A stretch of DNA of 63,137 nt, the filler included. It is 3 parts of 3 records of this genome, joined end to end, with 100 filler letters (N's around TTAATTAATTAA, not from the genome) between each part and the next. Parts side by side here need not be neighbours in the genome. Positions count along the whole stretch, not along the records: positions 1 to 26,552 come from SRR20825019_537; positions 26,653 to 46,465 come from SRR20825019_538; 1 more part is not named here. One strand, written 5' to 3'. The position numbers and the translations under genes are program-made. Within the stretch, counting starts at the first letter, position 1; each line of letters opens with the position of its first letter. Below, one piece after another: positions 23,046 to 33,142 of this stretch. The notes under the pieces are model-generated. The model was not told where the DNA came from. It was given only the letters and a program-made list of their open reading frames with translations, and made no database searches.

Positions 23046-24359
23046 ATGACCCTGAAAACGCTCGCTTGCCGGGCTGCCTATAGTGCTGCCCTGTCGACCC
23101 TGCTGACCGCCGCCGTACTGGCGCAGGACAGCACCTACAAGGATGCCGCAATTGCCGAGGCGGTGCGGATCGCCGAGGGGCTCGAGCCCGGCGGCTATGT
23201 GGAAGTGATTGGCCAGAACAGCGGGGCCGAAGGCCAGACGCTGCAGGATGTCTATGCCGCTTTCACCGAGGCCACCGGCATCGAGGTGCGTTATACCGGC
23301 ACCCAGGATATTACGGCGATCGTCCAGTCGCGCATCCAGGCCGGCAACCCGCCCAATGTCGCCGACATTCAGCTCGGGGAAGCCCGTGACCTGGCAAGTG
23401 AAGGTCTGCTGGTGGACCTGACCGCCGCTTTCGGCGACGAGCTGGCCGCCAACTTCAATCCCATGCTGCTCGAAACCGCCAGCCAGGACGGCGCGGTGTT
23501 CGGCGTCTATCAGGGGATGAACCCCTTCATGGTCTGGTACAATCCCAAGGCCTATACCGGTCCCGAGGCGCCGAAGGACTGGCAGGCCATTGTGGATTGG
23601 ACCAATGCTCAGGCCGCAGAAGGCAATGCCGTTTGGTGTGCAGCCCAGAACGCCGGCGCTGGCAGTGGTTTCCCCGGCGCCCAGATCGTCGACAACATCT
23701 TCCTCAAGAAGTTCGGCCCCGAGCTCTATGCGCAGTGGGGCGCAGGCGAGCTGGCCTGGACCAGCGACGAGGTCAAATGGGCCTTTGAAGAATTCGGCCG
23801 CGTCGTAGCCCAGGATTCCCACGTTCAGGGCGGCGTGATCGGCGCGCTCTCGACCCCGATTTCCAGCGGCTATACCGGTCTGGTGACCGACCCGGCGACC
23901 TGCCAGATTTCGCTCTGGGGCGCCTGGGTTCCCGGCCTTATCGGCGAAGCAGCCGTACCCGGCGAGAATATTGATTTCTTCCGCGTCCCGGCTGCCGATC
24001 CCCAGTTCTATGAATACGAACTGTTCCAATCGGCCATCAGCGTCGGTTTTACCGACGATCCGGTGACCAGGGCCTTCCTGCAATATATCGCTTCCACGCC
24101 GGCCCAGACCTATCTGGCCTCGCTCAATCGCTGGCCGGTGGCCAACCAGAACGTGCCGGTGGACGCTTATCCCAGCCCGCTGCTGCAAAAGATCGCCACT
24201 GAATATCTGAGCACCGGTGACGTGCAGTTCGCGGCCGGACCAAACCTGATGGCGGGCGCCGCCACCGGCTCGGCCTATTACAAGGGGATCGTGAGCTATC
24301 TGCAGAACCCCGGCGATCTCGACAATATCCTCGCCGGCATCGAAGCCACCGCCGAGTAA
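23046..24359 (+). CDS. sugar ABC transporter substrate-binding protein
   Basis: Signal peptide, FTEATGIEVRYTG, VWYNPK; GGAGG RBS. Confidence 0.88.
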   Translation: MTLKTLACRAAYSAALSTLLTAAVLAQDSTYKDAAIAEAVRIAEGLEPGGYVEVIGQNSGAEGQTLQDVYAAFTEATGIEVRYTGTQDITAIVQSRIQAGNPPNVADIQLGEARDLASEGLLVDLTAAFGDELAANFNPMLLETASQDGAVFGVYQGMNPFMVWYNPKAYTGPEAPKDWQAIVDWTNAQAAEGNAVWCAAQNAGAGSGFPGAQIVDNIFLKKFGPELYAQWGAGELAWTSDEVKWAFEEFGRVVAQDSHVQGGVIGALSTPISSGYTGLVTDPATCQISLWGAWVPGLIGEAAVPGENIDFFRVPAADPQFYEYELFQSAISVGFTDDPVTRAFLQYIASTPAQTYLASLNRWPVANQNVPVDAYPSPLLQKIATEYLSTGDVQFAAGPNLMAGAATGSAYYKGIVSYLQNPGDLDNILAGIEATAE

Positions 24360-24389
24360 CCCCGAAAGCCACACCCTGGACTGCGCGAT

Positions 24390-25367
24390 ATGACCGATTT
24401 CCTTGGCATCGTCCTGGCCCTGATCGTTCTCGGCGCCATTGGTATTCCAATCCTGGTTTACCTGGCGCTGGGACTGGGCGAGACCATCCTGACCCTGATG
24501 CCCGCCAAGGCCGGCCAGAAACTGCGCCCCTGGGTGTGGCTGCTCCTGCCGGTCGCCCTGGCGGCCACCATCCTGATCTTTCCGGTGATCGTGACCCTCG
24601 GGACCTCGGTGATGGACGCCCGATCCGTCAATTTTGTCGGGCTCGACAATTACGCCTGGGCCTTTTCCGGCTCCATGCTCGGCATTGTGGGCAACAACAT
24701 TGTCTGGCTGATCGCCTTCCCCATCGCCACTCTGGTTCTGGCGCTGTTTGCCGCCACCCTGTTCGACAAGGTGCGCTACGAACCGCTGGCAATGACCATC
24801 GTTATCCTGCCAACGGCGATCTCGTTCACCGCCGGCTCGGTGATCTGGACGCAGATGTATTCCTTCCAGCCCGCCGGGACACCGCAGATCGGCACCTTCA
24901 ACGCTTTCCTTAGCCTGTTCGGCATCAATCCGGTGCCTTGGCTGATCCAGCCGGTGGTCAACAATCTGTCGCTGATCTTCATCGCGGTCTGGCTGCAACT
25001 GGGCATCGCCACGCTGATCCTGTCCTCTGCCATCAAGAATGTCGGCTCGGAAATGATCGAAGCCGCGCGGCTCGACGGGGCCAGCGAATGGCGCGTCTTC
25101 TTCTCGATCATCCTGCCCAATATCCTGCCTTCGGTGCTGGTGGTCCTGACCACCATGATCATCGCGGCGCTCAAGGTCTTCGACATTGTCTATGTCATGA
25201 CCAATGGCAATTTCGGCACCGACGTGATCGCCAACAAGCTCTATTACGAGCTGTTCGCGGCCAACAATCTGGGCCATGCCAGCGCCATTGCCGTGATCCT
25301 GCTGTTCACCGCGCTGCCGATCGCCTTCATCAACATTTTCCAGTTCCGCTCGGAGGCCCGGTCATGA
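24390..25367 (+). CDS. carbohydrate ABC permease
   Basis: FVGLDNY and EAARLDGAS EAA loop. Confidence 0.92.
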   Translation: MTDFLGIVLALIVLGAIGIPILVYLALGLGETILTLMPAKAGQKLRPWVWLLLPVALAATILIFPVIVTLGTSVMDARSVNFVGLDNYAWAFSGSMLGIVGNNIVWLIAFPIATLVLALFAATLFDKVRYEPLAMTIVILPTAISFTAGSVIWTQMYSFQPAGTPQIGTFNAFLSLFGINPVPWLIQPVVNNLSLIFIAVWLQLGIATLILSSAIKNVGSEMIEAARLDGASEWRVFFSIILPNILPSVLVVLTTMIIAALKVFDIVYVMTNGNFGTDVIANKLYYELFAANNLGHASAIAVILLFTALPIAFINIFQFRSEARS

Positions 25368-26263
25368 CCGCTGCAACCGTTCAGCAATCCGGCGTGGCGG
25401 CTGCCGCCCCACACACCGTCAGTTCGAAGCGCCCCCGGCTGCTGCGCTGGCTCGTGCATCTGGTCGTCATTGTCTTCATCGCCCTGTGGTTTATGCCGAT
25501 CCTCGCGCTGCTGGTGTCCTCGTTCCGCCCGCAGGCAGACACGGCCAGTTCCGGCTGGTGGACGGTCCTCATCCGTCCTGTCTTTACGGCAGACAACTAT
25601 TTCCTCGCGCTGGACCAGCTCAAGGTGGCCGGAAGCCTCGGCACCTCGCTGGCTATCGCCATCCCCTCGACCATACTCACCGTGATGCTGTCCATGATCG
25701 GGGCCTACGCGCTGGTGCGGATGAAGTTCCCCGGCCGTACAGCGCTCTCGCTCTTGCTGGTGGCCCTGTTGATAACGCCGCCCCAGATCACGCTGGTGCC
25801 ACTGCTGCGGCTCTATAATGCGGTCGGGCTGGCCGGCACCATTCAGGGCATCTGGCTCTACCAGGTCGGGTTCACCCTGCCATTCGGCATCTTCCTGCTG
25901 CGCGGCTTCCTCGCCTCCATCCCTCAGGAACTCTATGAATCGGCCAATCTCGATGGGGCCTCCGAGCTGAGGACCTTCTTCTCGATCGTCATGCCGTTGT
26001 CGCGGCCGATCATGGCTTCGCTTGGCATCATGGCCTTCCTGTGGTCCTGGAACGACTTGCTAATCCCGCTGCTGTTCATGGGCGGATCCGGCATGTCCCC
26101 GCCGATCACCGTCAATCTGGCCGGTTTGGTAGCACAGACCACGCAAGGGCAGGGGCCGCTGATGGCGGCCACCTTCCTCTCGGTGGCTGTTCCTCTCCTC
26201 CTCATCATCTCCCTGCAGCGCTACTTCGTGCGCGGAATTCTCGGCGGTGCGGTCAAGGGTTGA
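25364..26263 (+). CDS. carbohydrate ABC permease
   Basis: [22 protein letters not shown] and LQRYFVRG. Confidence 0.92.
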   Translation: MTAATVQQSGVAAAAPHTVSSKRPRLLRWLVHLVVIVFIALWFMPILALLVSSFRPQADTASSGWWTVLIRPVFTADNYFLALDQLKVAGSLGTSLAIAIPSTILTVMLSMIGAYALVRMKFPGRTALSLLLVALLITPPQITLVPLLRLYNAVGLAGTIQGIWLYQVGFTLPFGIFLLRGFLASIPQELYESANLDGASELRTFFSIVMPLSRPIMASLGIMAFLWSWNDLLIPLLFMGGSGMSPPITVNLAGLVAQTTQGQGPLMAATFLSVAVPLLLIISLQRYFVRGILGGAVKG

Positions 26264-26300
26264 TCCGGCCGCAACGCCTTCCAATTACAGGATTAAGTTC

Positions 26301-26552
26301 ATGACCAATGTCAGCATCGACGGTGTACGCAAGGCCTACGGCTCCACCAACGTCATCCACGGCGTCAATATCGAGATCGATGATGGCGAGTTCGTCGTCC
26401 TGGTCGGACCTTCCGGCTGCGGCAAGTCCACCCTTTTGCGCATGATTGCCGGGCTCGAGGAAATCAGCGGCGGGCATATCCGCATCGGCTCGCGCGTGGT
26501 CAATGATGTCAGCGCCAAGGATCGCGACATCGCCATGGTGTTCCAGTCCTAC
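26301..26552 (+). CDS. MalK/UgpC-like sugar ABC ATPase, truncated by the contig end
   Basis: [18 protein letters not shown]...[10 protein letters not shown]. Confidence 0.92.
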
Positions 26553-26652
26553 NNNNNNNNNNNNNNNNNNNNNNNNNNNNNNNNNNNNNNNNNNNNTTAA
26601 TTAATTAANNNNNNNNNNNNNNNNNNNNNNNNNNNNNNNNNNNNNNNNNNNN
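26553..26652. other. artificial contig spacer (N runs with TTAATTAATTAA)
   Basis: 100-nt N-padded all-frame-stop linker, identical to the one at 46466-46565. Confidence 0.97.
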
Positions 26653-26667
26653 GGATTATGATTCCGC
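26653..26667 (-). repeat. att-like core matching a tRNA-Met anticodon arm (GCGGAATCATAATCC)
   Basis: The minus strand reads GCGGAAT-CAT-AATCC at the contig edge, about 150 bp from the integrase. Confidence 0.55.
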
Positions 26668-26771
26668 ATATCGCCCATAGCCTCCAACAATGCTCAAAAT
26701 TTTTCTATATAATTTTCAATGACATAAACATTCTACCATCTTGAAGCTTGTTGGCAAATATCGTACATTAT

Positions 26772-26798
26772 TGTCCCTGAGTGTCCCCAAATTGTCCC
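26772..26798 (+). repeat. three TGTCCC direct repeats; candidate integrase arm-type sites
   Basis: Copies at 26772, 26782 and 26793 (10-11 bp spacing) between att and the integrase. Confidence 0.55.
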
Positions 26799-26820
26799 CA
26801 GAAAATGGGTCGTGGGTATC

Positions 26821-27924
26821 ATGGCAACCATCGAAAAACGCACACGAAAAGACGGCTCAGTTTACCGGGTAATGGTGCGGATTAAGGGTATGCCGCCCGT
26901 CCAGAAATCCTTTCGGCGGAAGACGGACGCCCAATTATGGGCGCAGCAAACCGAAGCGGCGTTGCGCCGGGGCGAGCTTCAGAATGTCTTAAAGCCCTCC
27001 ACGCGCCATACCCTGGATGAGGCCATCGACCGATACAAAGAGGAAATCCTGCCGCATAAGTCGGCGGGGACAATTCGCTCAGAGACGGCACACCTCGCCT
27101 ATTGGAAGACCGAGCTTGGCGACTATGCCCCAGCCTATATTGACACCGAACTGGTCCGGAGAAAGCTCAAGGCACTCGCGAGCGAAAACCTCAACAAGCA
27201 GACTGACGGCGCGCCCAGGACGCGCAGCGTGCGCACGCTGAAATACTACCGGCACACGTTGAGTATGCTGTTCAAGCACATGCGGAAATGGGGCTGGACC
27301 TCGTATAATCCCGTTGAAGACGTAGACGACGGCCCCAAGCTCAATAACGTCGTTGAGCGATACCTAAGCACTGACGAGCGCGAGCGGCTGATCGAGGCTG
27401 CCCGCAAGAGCCACAATGCTGCCCTCTACCCTATCGTCATGCTGGCTCTGACGACCGGGGGCCGCAAAGGGGAGATATTGGGCCTGACGCTGGACTGCGT
27501 GGATGTTCAGCGGGCGGTGATCATCTTCCGGAACACCAAGAACGGTGACACCCGAGCCTTGCCTCTGGTTCCCCAGGTGCTCGACCTTGTGCGAGAGCAG
27601 GTTAAAGCCGCCGATGCCGTTTACGATCAGCTGCCACGCCATCAAACGCCCCGGTATCTGTTCCCGAACGCGTACGGCACCGCGCCGATTGAGATAAACC
27701 GGGCCTGGTACAAGGCTCTGAAGGACGCAGGCATTGAGAATTTCCGCTTCCATGACCTCAGGCACACGACGGCAAGCTACCTGGCCATGAATGGCGCCAG
27801 CCAATTGGATATTGCCGCCGTGCTTGGCCACCGGACGCTTCAGATGGTCAAGCGATATGCGCACCTGTCCGAGGGGCATACCCGAGGCGTTCTAGAGGAT
27901 ATGGCCGATAAAATCCGCCTATGA
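26821..27924 (+). CDS. tyrosine recombinase (phage-type integrase)
   Basis: N-terminal arm-binding-like region; TGGRKGE (R), TKNG (K), FHDLRH, LGH and RYAHL catalytic residues. Confidence 0.95.
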   Translation: MATIEKRTRKDGSVYRVMVRIKGMPPVQKSFRRKTDAQLWAQQTEAALRRGELQNVLKPSTRHTLDEAIDRYKEEILPHKSAGTIRSETAHLAYWKTELGDYAPAYIDTELVRRKLKALASENLNKQTDGAPRTRSVRTLKYYRHTLSMLFKHMRKWGWTSYNPVEDVDDGPKLNNVVERYLSTDERERLIEAARKSHNAALYPIVMLALTTGGRKGEILGLTLDCVDVQRAVIIFRNTKNGDTRALPLVPQVLDLVREQVKAADAVYDQLPRHQTPRYLFPNAYGTAPIEINRAWYKALKDAGIENFRFHDLRHTTASYLAMNGASQLDIAAVLGHRTLQMVKRYAHLSEGHTRGVLEDMADKIRL

Positions 27925-27959
27925 CCGTGCACGCAGTGCACGCCTGCAAAAGGATCGGG

Positions 27960-29204
27960 TCACACCCTCACCTGAGCAAGTGACCTCTCAATCATCTGAG
28001 CAGACGCTTCGCTAACGCCGTATTCGCGCGCAAGCGCAGGCCACTTCGCTACCGCGTCTTGAACGCGCTCGATGATTTCAGCAGCCTCTTGAGGCTTCAC
28101 ATCCGCCTTCTTGGCAAGCTCAATCAGGTGCTTTCGGGTGATATCGCGGCCATAGCCTAGCACGGAAGTTGAATGCTCCCCGCCCGGCCCCGATGCCCAG
28201 GTCAGATCATAAGCCGGAGCAAGCCGCCATGTACCGTCGCGTTCCATGATGTAGCTGAACTGCCGAGCATGATCGTCCCGGTTATGGGCGAGCACATTGA
28301 AGACCGCGAGGGTGAACATGGCCCGGCATTGTCGCTGGTCACGCGTAACAGCGCGGGTCAGGAGAATAAGGTCCTTATAGTCCAGCGCCGGGATGCGGAT
28401 GTCCGAATACAGCAACCCGCTTGCCGAATGGACATGAACGCGGCGGCGTCCTACGCGATCAAACCGCCGGGCGGCAAAATAAAGCTTGCCCGCCGCGCCT
28501 TCAAGCAAGCGGGTTTCCGGCATCTCAACTCCGGCCTCTTTCGCCATCATGGCGTAAGCCATTTCGATGGCGGCAATGTCATCTGGATCGCCATGGCCTT
28601 GGAACTTCACAAGGTAATGGGCATAGCCCTCAGGCACGTCATCCGTACCATGCACAGCATGCCCACCCTCCCCGACTGCGATCAGCGCCTTAGGGCGCGC
28701 GCCTCCAGGCGAGCCGCCGACCTTCCCGAGAATGGAAAGAAGATCACCCACCTCCCCGTCCAAGACGCGCCTTGCGTCTTGCGCCAATTCATCAAGGTCA
28801 AGCTGGCCGTCCGGCGCCTGCCAGACATCGGTTGCAGGCGCGTAGCACAACGCGCCAATACCGCCAGATCCGACGCACGCCAACCGATCAAGGGGCGTCA
28901 GCGTCGCGGGCTCAATCCCCAACTGGCGTGCGCGCCGGTCGATCAGAAGCCGCCCCCAACCATCGGGCAGACTGTCATTGAACACACCGTGCAACCCCTC
29001 AAAGACGTCGGTCTGATAGGGCTGCTGCAAGCCGGAGCCGACCTTATGATGGACGGGCGAAAGCTCCAGTCCGGCCCTTTGGAAACCCTCGTCGTATTCG
29101 AGATAGGCGATGCGGTCGCGGTAGGCCAAACGGCCCACTGGCTGGATATCGTCCGCGTCCCAATGGAGAGACACGCTGAGCGGTGTACCTGGGGCTATCT
29201 TCAT
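27960..29204 (-). CDS. hipA: HipA family toxin kinase with N-terminal couple domain
   Basis: DSLPDGWGR, GSPGGARPK, RFDR, HNRDDH and LAPAYDL. Confidence 0.92.
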   Translation of the reverse strand: MKIAPGTPLSVSLHWDADDIQPVGRLAYRDRIAYLEYDEGFQRAGLELSPVHHKVGSGLQQPYQTDVFEGLHGVFNDSLPDGWGRLLIDRRARQLGIEPATLTPLDRLACVGSGGIGALCYAPATDVWQAPDGQLDLDELAQDARRVLDGEVGDLLSILGKVGGSPGGARPKALIAVGEGGHAVHGTDDVPEGYAHYLVKFQGHGDPDDIAAIEMAYAMMAKEAGVEMPETRLLEGAAGKLYFAARRFDRVGRRRVHVHSASGLLYSDIRIPALDYKDLILLTRAVTRDQRQCRAMFTLAVFNVLAHNRDDHARQFSYIMERDGTWRLAPAYDLTWASGPGGEHSTSVLGYGRDITRKHLIELAKKADVKPQEAAEIIERVQDAVAKWPALAREYGVSEASAQMIERSLAQVRV

Positions 29205-29500
29205 TTAATGCGCCCCCGTTGGCGTTTCTTTTTCGGCTCCAGCACGTCATCGAGGGTTTCAAACTTTGGCTCCAAGAGAAGCCCCTCCAACGCCGCTTCG
29301 TCCTTCAGCGCCACCGCCAACTGAATGAATGAGACGAGCGCGATCTTGCCTGTCCGCTCAAACCTCTTAAGCGTCCCCAGCGCAACGCCGCTGCGCTCTG
29401 AAAGCCCTTCCAGCGTCAGCCCCTCACCGAGACGCCGGTTTTTCAAGCGGAGCGCCAACTCCAGCGCTATCTCGTCAGATGATAAAATTGCAAAGTTCAT
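29201..29500 (-). CDS. HipB-like XRE antitoxin
   Basis: LTLEGLSERSGVALGTLKRFERTGKI HTH; 4-nt overlap with hipA. Confidence 0.85.
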   Translation of the reverse strand: MNFAILSSDEIALELALRLKNRRLGEGLTLEGLSERSGVALGTLKRFERTGKIALVSFIQLAVALKDEAALEGLLLEPKFETLDDVLEPKKKRQRGRIK

Positions 29501-29548
29501 TATGATATCCACTAAATTCATAAATCTAATTTAGTAGATAATATCATA
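29501..29548. promoter_or_regulatory. inverted-repeat operator upstream of hipB
   Basis: TATCCACTAAATT (29506-29518) and AATTTAGTAGATA (29528-29540) match at 12/13; outer TATGATA/TATCATA pair. Confidence 0.6.
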
Positions 29549-29777
29549 TCCGTTAATTTATCAAAACCAAAAAGCACCCTGACGGAACGACGGATCACGT
29601 CACGAGCGAAACGACTACACTAGAAACACCTCAAAGAAAAACCGAAGAATAACCAAATAAAATGAAAATTATTATTATTATTTTTTCATTTTTATTCAAA
29701 AATAAATAGAAATTTACTCATTTTTTGTATAATATTGACTCCTAATGCCATCTTTTTACTTTTTTTTGGAGATGAAA

Positions 29778-29870
29778 ATGGATCCGTTCATAAGCGGCTT
29801 CTTGACAGGTATATTCCTTAGCCTCGCGATATTCCTTCTGATCTTGACGAGTAACCTAAACAAGAGTTAG
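29778..29870 (+). CDS. 30-aa single-TM hydrophobic peptide
   Basis: GGAGA RBS; MDPFISGFLTGIFLSLAIFLLILTSNLNKS; too short for the supplied ORF track. Confidence 0.5.
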   Translation: MDPFISGFLTGIFLSLAIFLLILTSNLNKS

Positions 29871-29911
29871 TTTTTCTGTTTAATTTCGCTACTATCTCGG
29901 GCATCGGCCAG

Positions 29912-30385
29912 ATGAATGACTTTTTTGTTAACTGGTTCCCAGTTCTAGCAGCAATCGCTGCATTAGCTCTGTTTGTGTGGGGCATATTTAAAGCGAGCGT
30001 CGCAATCTATGTTAAGCTCCGAGATATCGGAGAAATAAAAGAGGCAGTGTCTGCCTTACGGGGCATTACTACAAGCATAGCCACCATAGAAACCAGATTA
30101 GATTCGCTCGACAACCTAAACGAAGCGATAAACAAACCAGATGTCGGACTCAGCCCGTCAATAACGGCTGCGAATACGCGTTTATCGAATATCGAAGGCA
30201 CGCTAGGGAAGCAGGGCGCTTCAATAGATGACTTGAACAACAATATGACAAAAGCACTGACCTTAATTGGCGAAATCAAAGAACGTATGGCAAGTGGAGG
30301 CTCTACATCGACCACGGCTCCAGAACCTCAGAGCGCTCCGCCACCTCTTATTAGAGACGAAGGTCAATCCGAAGGCGAAAGTTAA
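29912..30385 (+). CDS. hypothetical protein, N-terminal TM helix plus coiled coil
   Basis: Hydrophobic N-terminus, heptad-like pattern; followed by a terminator. Confidence 0.7.
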   Translation: MNDFFVNWFPVLAAIAALALFVWGIFKASVAIYVKLRDIGEIKEAVSALRGITTSIATIETRLDSLDNLNEAINKPDVGLSPSITAANTRLSNIEGTLGKQGASIDDLNNNMTKALTLIGEIKERMASGGSTSTTAPEPQSAPPPLIRDEGQSEGES

Positions 30386-30424
30386 TCACATCGCCCGAAG
30401 CAACCTGATGCCCCTTAGCGTTTG

Positions 30425-30448
30425 AACCCCGCCTTTGGCGGGGTTTTT
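30425..30448 (+). terminator. Rho-independent terminator
   Basis: AACCCCGCC-TTT-GGCGGGGTT followed by a T run. Confidence 0.8.
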
Positions 30449-30566
30449 CAATTTCTCGGCACGTATGACCCAAACACCCTCCATGCGCGATTGATAGAAA
30501 ATATCTTCTACCATACAATAACGGCGCCCGTAATCCTGCGGGCTTTAGCGAAAGGACCAGTTATCC

Positions 30567-30776
30567 TTGGTTGATTTCAGGGAGCTTCGGACAGTCAAGC
30601 AATTGGCTGACGAAGCGCCATTTCTGACCCAGGGTAAGCTGCGCTGGTGGATATTTCATGCCGAGAAAAATGGCCTTAAGTGCGCCATGATAAAAGTTGA
30701 CGGGCGGGTTTACATAGACCGCAATGCGTTCAACAAGTGGCTTGATTCCAAGCGCTGCGCGCCCTCTGCCGCGTAG
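30567..30776 (+). CDS. excisionase-like small DNA-binding protein
   Basis: 69 aa; LRTVKQLA...KLRWWIF...IKVDGRVYIDRNAFNKWL winged-HTH pattern. Confidence 0.7.
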   Translation: MVDFRELRTVKQLADEAPFLTQGKLRWWIFHAEKNGLKCAMIKVDGRVYIDRNAFNKWLDSKRCAPSAA

Positions 30777-30865
30777 GTGGTGGAAAGACTAACGAATATC
30801 GCTGCCAAATGCAGCGAGTACCGCCTAAGCGGATAAACCAAAGCAATTTCTGATCTGATTTTGCG

Positions 30866-30892
30866 CGCCCCGCCGAAAGGCGGGGCGTTTTT
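30866..30892 (+). terminator. terminator hairpin between convergent genes
   Basis: CGCCCCGCC-GAAA-GGCGGGGCG followed by TTTTT. Confidence 0.8.
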
Positions 30893-32951
30893 ATGCGCCG
30901 TTGTGGTCAGGGGCCTTCTCAGACGCTTGCACGCGTGCGGCCCGAGCTTCCTTGAGCTTTGCAGTCCACTCCGCCTTGAGGGCATCAAAGTAGTCGATTG
31001 ATTCACCTGCTTTGTGGAACGGCGGTTGCAGCTCGACCAACCCCGCCTTGTGGTCCCGAAAGAAAATGATGGCCTGGCCACTGTATTTGCCGCCCATAAG
31101 CTCGGACACAGGCGCGACCTCCCGCCTGCCGCCCCACATGTCGTCCCGCGTACCCAGCCGCGTTGAGATGTATTGAGCCGTGGCCGGGTCGTTCGGGCTG
31201 AAGAACACTTCAGCGGCACAGCCGCCCATAATGGTCTGCCACTGGGGATAGACCTTCTGCAATTGAGCGAGACTTTGCGTCACCATCCATAGGCGGATGC
31301 CGTAGCTACGGACAATAGGCACGGATTGCTCAATAACCTCCATGTACCCGAGTTGAGGCAGTTCATCGAAAACGAATAGGAAGTGGCGCCGCTCGATGCT
31401 GCGGTCATTGGTCTGAGCACCGGCGAAGTTTATGACCTTCTTGAGCGTCCATCCAAGCAGAACACGCAAAACGGCGGCATACTCACGAATCTTGTCGGGA
31501 GGGATAATCACAAAAACGGTATCGAGCGCACCGCGCTCATACATCGGACGTGGCTCATCGCCGTGCCACCCCAATTCCTTGCGGCTGACATGAGACCCGT
31601 CGTTAGCGGCCTCCCTGTCTTCCCCTTCCCGGCACCGGCGCAACATATTGACCGGGTCAAACCCTGGCGTGGTGGTGGAGGTGGCGCGCGCAACTTCCGG
31701 GCTGGCCCAGATTTCCATCTGCGTTTTGGCGGTCAAGAAAATACTGTCCAACGGCCCGCTTGAGCCGCCTTCCATGGCATTAGCGGCTTGGCGGTGTAAG
31801 CTATTGGCCACGTCTTTCAGATTGCCGTCATCGACTGACCTGAGGTCATCGACAAGTGCCGCATAGTCGTCCGTTGAGAGCAAACGCATCAGCTCCCGCA
31901 GGTTTTGTCTTTCCGGCGGCGCACCGCTTTTAAGATACCAGATTAGCCCGGTGATAAGATCGGTTGCGGCTTTGTCCCAGAAGGAGCTTCCCGCGCTCCT
32001 GTCAGGCACGACAAGGAGTGATGTAAGCGCCCGCGCGTCGGTCCAGCTCTCGACGAAGTCCAGCGGGTTGAAACAGTCCGTATCGTCCGACCAGGGCGCA
32101 AACCGATACACGTCGCCATACTGGTGGCGCATCCACGCGGTTTGGTCGTAGTTCTCGCCCTTGGGGTCGAGGCAAATAACAGGGCCATCATAGATGGAGA
32201 GATTTGGCAAAATGTAATTCTGGTTCTTACCCGCGCCGGAAGGCGCGACCATCATCAGATGGCCCTCTTCTGAAAGATCGACCAAATGCGGCTTGCCTTG
32301 ATCGCCCCGCATCACGCCCAGCGTCAACGAACTGACATGGGAGCGATCTCGCCTGTACATGTGGCCCGCATGGTCCAGCTCTTCGATTGATGACCACACC
32401 CCGTATGAGCCTTCCTCCAGCCGCTGCCGCTCTTCCGGAGACAGCATCACCATCACGCCTACCCGCAACATCTTGCGCGCCTCTTCAAGCTCAAGCCCTG
32501 CAAGCGAATGAATGAAAAAGTTAATAGGCCTGCGCTTTTCAAGGTCCGCGCTGCGATCCCGCGCTTCCACCGCCACCCAATAGGCGTGCTGCAAAGGCTC
32601 AGGGATCAGCTCCAGCGCCTTGTCCGTTAAGTAGTCCATTTTGCGCGCATATTGGAGATTGATGCCCTGCAAGGTATCTGGCACCGGCAGCGTCCACGGA
32701 TCAATAACCGGCCAAGGGCAGTCGGTTTTCAGATGGCCTATTTCAGGCGTGGGCTTTTCACCAACGAGACGCTGCCGCGCTTGGCTCAAGATCCAAACCA
32801 GACCGCAGCTTGCAACCGAAGCCGCGATGCCCCCGAAAAGGAAATGGCCGACACCATCAAGCGACATCGAGTCATCCACATAGTCAAGACTAATGGCGCC
32901 GCCGATGGCGAAGCTGAAAATGACAAGAAGAACGTAACCGCCCGCTGACAT
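30891..32951 (-). CDS. VirD4/TraG-like type IV coupling protein
   Basis: Two N-terminal TM helices, APSGAGKN Walker A, LDPKGE, FNPLD, FVFDELPQLG Walker B, RSYGI...QSLAQL. Confidence 0.88.
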   Translation of the reverse strand: MSAGGYVLLVIFSFAIGGAISLDYVDDSMSLDGVGHFLFGGIAASVASCGLVWILSQARQRLVGEKPTPEIGHLKTDCPWPVIDPWTLPVPDTLQGINLQYARKMDYLTDKALELIPEPLQHAYWVAVEARDRSADLEKRRPINFFIHSLAGLELEEARKMLRVGVMVMLSPEERQRLEEGSYGVWSSIEELDHAGHMYRRDRSHVSSLTLGVMRGDQGKPHLVDLSEEGHLMMVAPSGAGKNQNYILPNLSIYDGPVICLDPKGENYDQTAWMRHQYGDVYRFAPWSDDTDCFNPLDFVESWTDARALTSLLVVPDRSAGSSFWDKAATDLITGLIWYLKSGAPPERQNLRELMRLLSTDDYAALVDDLRSVDDGNLKDVANSLHRQAANAMEGGSSGPLDSIFLTAKTQMEIWASPEVARATSTTTPGFDPVNMLRRCREGEDREAANDGSHVSRKELGWHGDEPRPMYERGALDTVFVIIPPDKIREYAAVLRVLLGWTLKKVINFAGAQTNDRSIERRHFLFVFDELPQLGYMEVIEQSVPIVRSYGIRLWMVTQSLAQLQKVYPQWQTIMGGCAAEVFFSPNDPATAQYISTRLGTRDDMWGGRREVAPVSELMGGKYSGQAIIFFRDHKAGLVELQPPFHKAGESIDYFDALKAEWTAKLKEARAARVQASEKAPDHNGA

Positions 32952-33142
32952 GCCTGAGCCTCCTCAACCGCTCCATGCATCTGCACAAACGGTATCGCAA
33001 GGCTCAGGCAATTACCACTGATTGTATTTCTACCTCAATAGATCACCGATTTCCGGTGCGCTGCGCTCTTATTGGCTTGCCGCGCACAAAAAGTCGCCCC
33101 TCAACAAAATAATCGTAAAAATCAAGCAGATGACGAACCGCA

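Noticed and set aside
22956-25277. 773-aa minus-strand ORF
   Set aside because: Antisense shadow of the sugar ABC genes
26597-26608. TTAATTAATTAA palindrome
   Set aside because: Artificial linker, repeated at 46510-46521
26653-26760. Complete tRNA gene
   Set aside because: Only a 15-bp anticodon-arm match; no D arm or acceptor stem in the visible sequence
28173-29324. 383-aa plus-strand ORF
   Set aside because: Antisense to hipA, with no recognisable motifs
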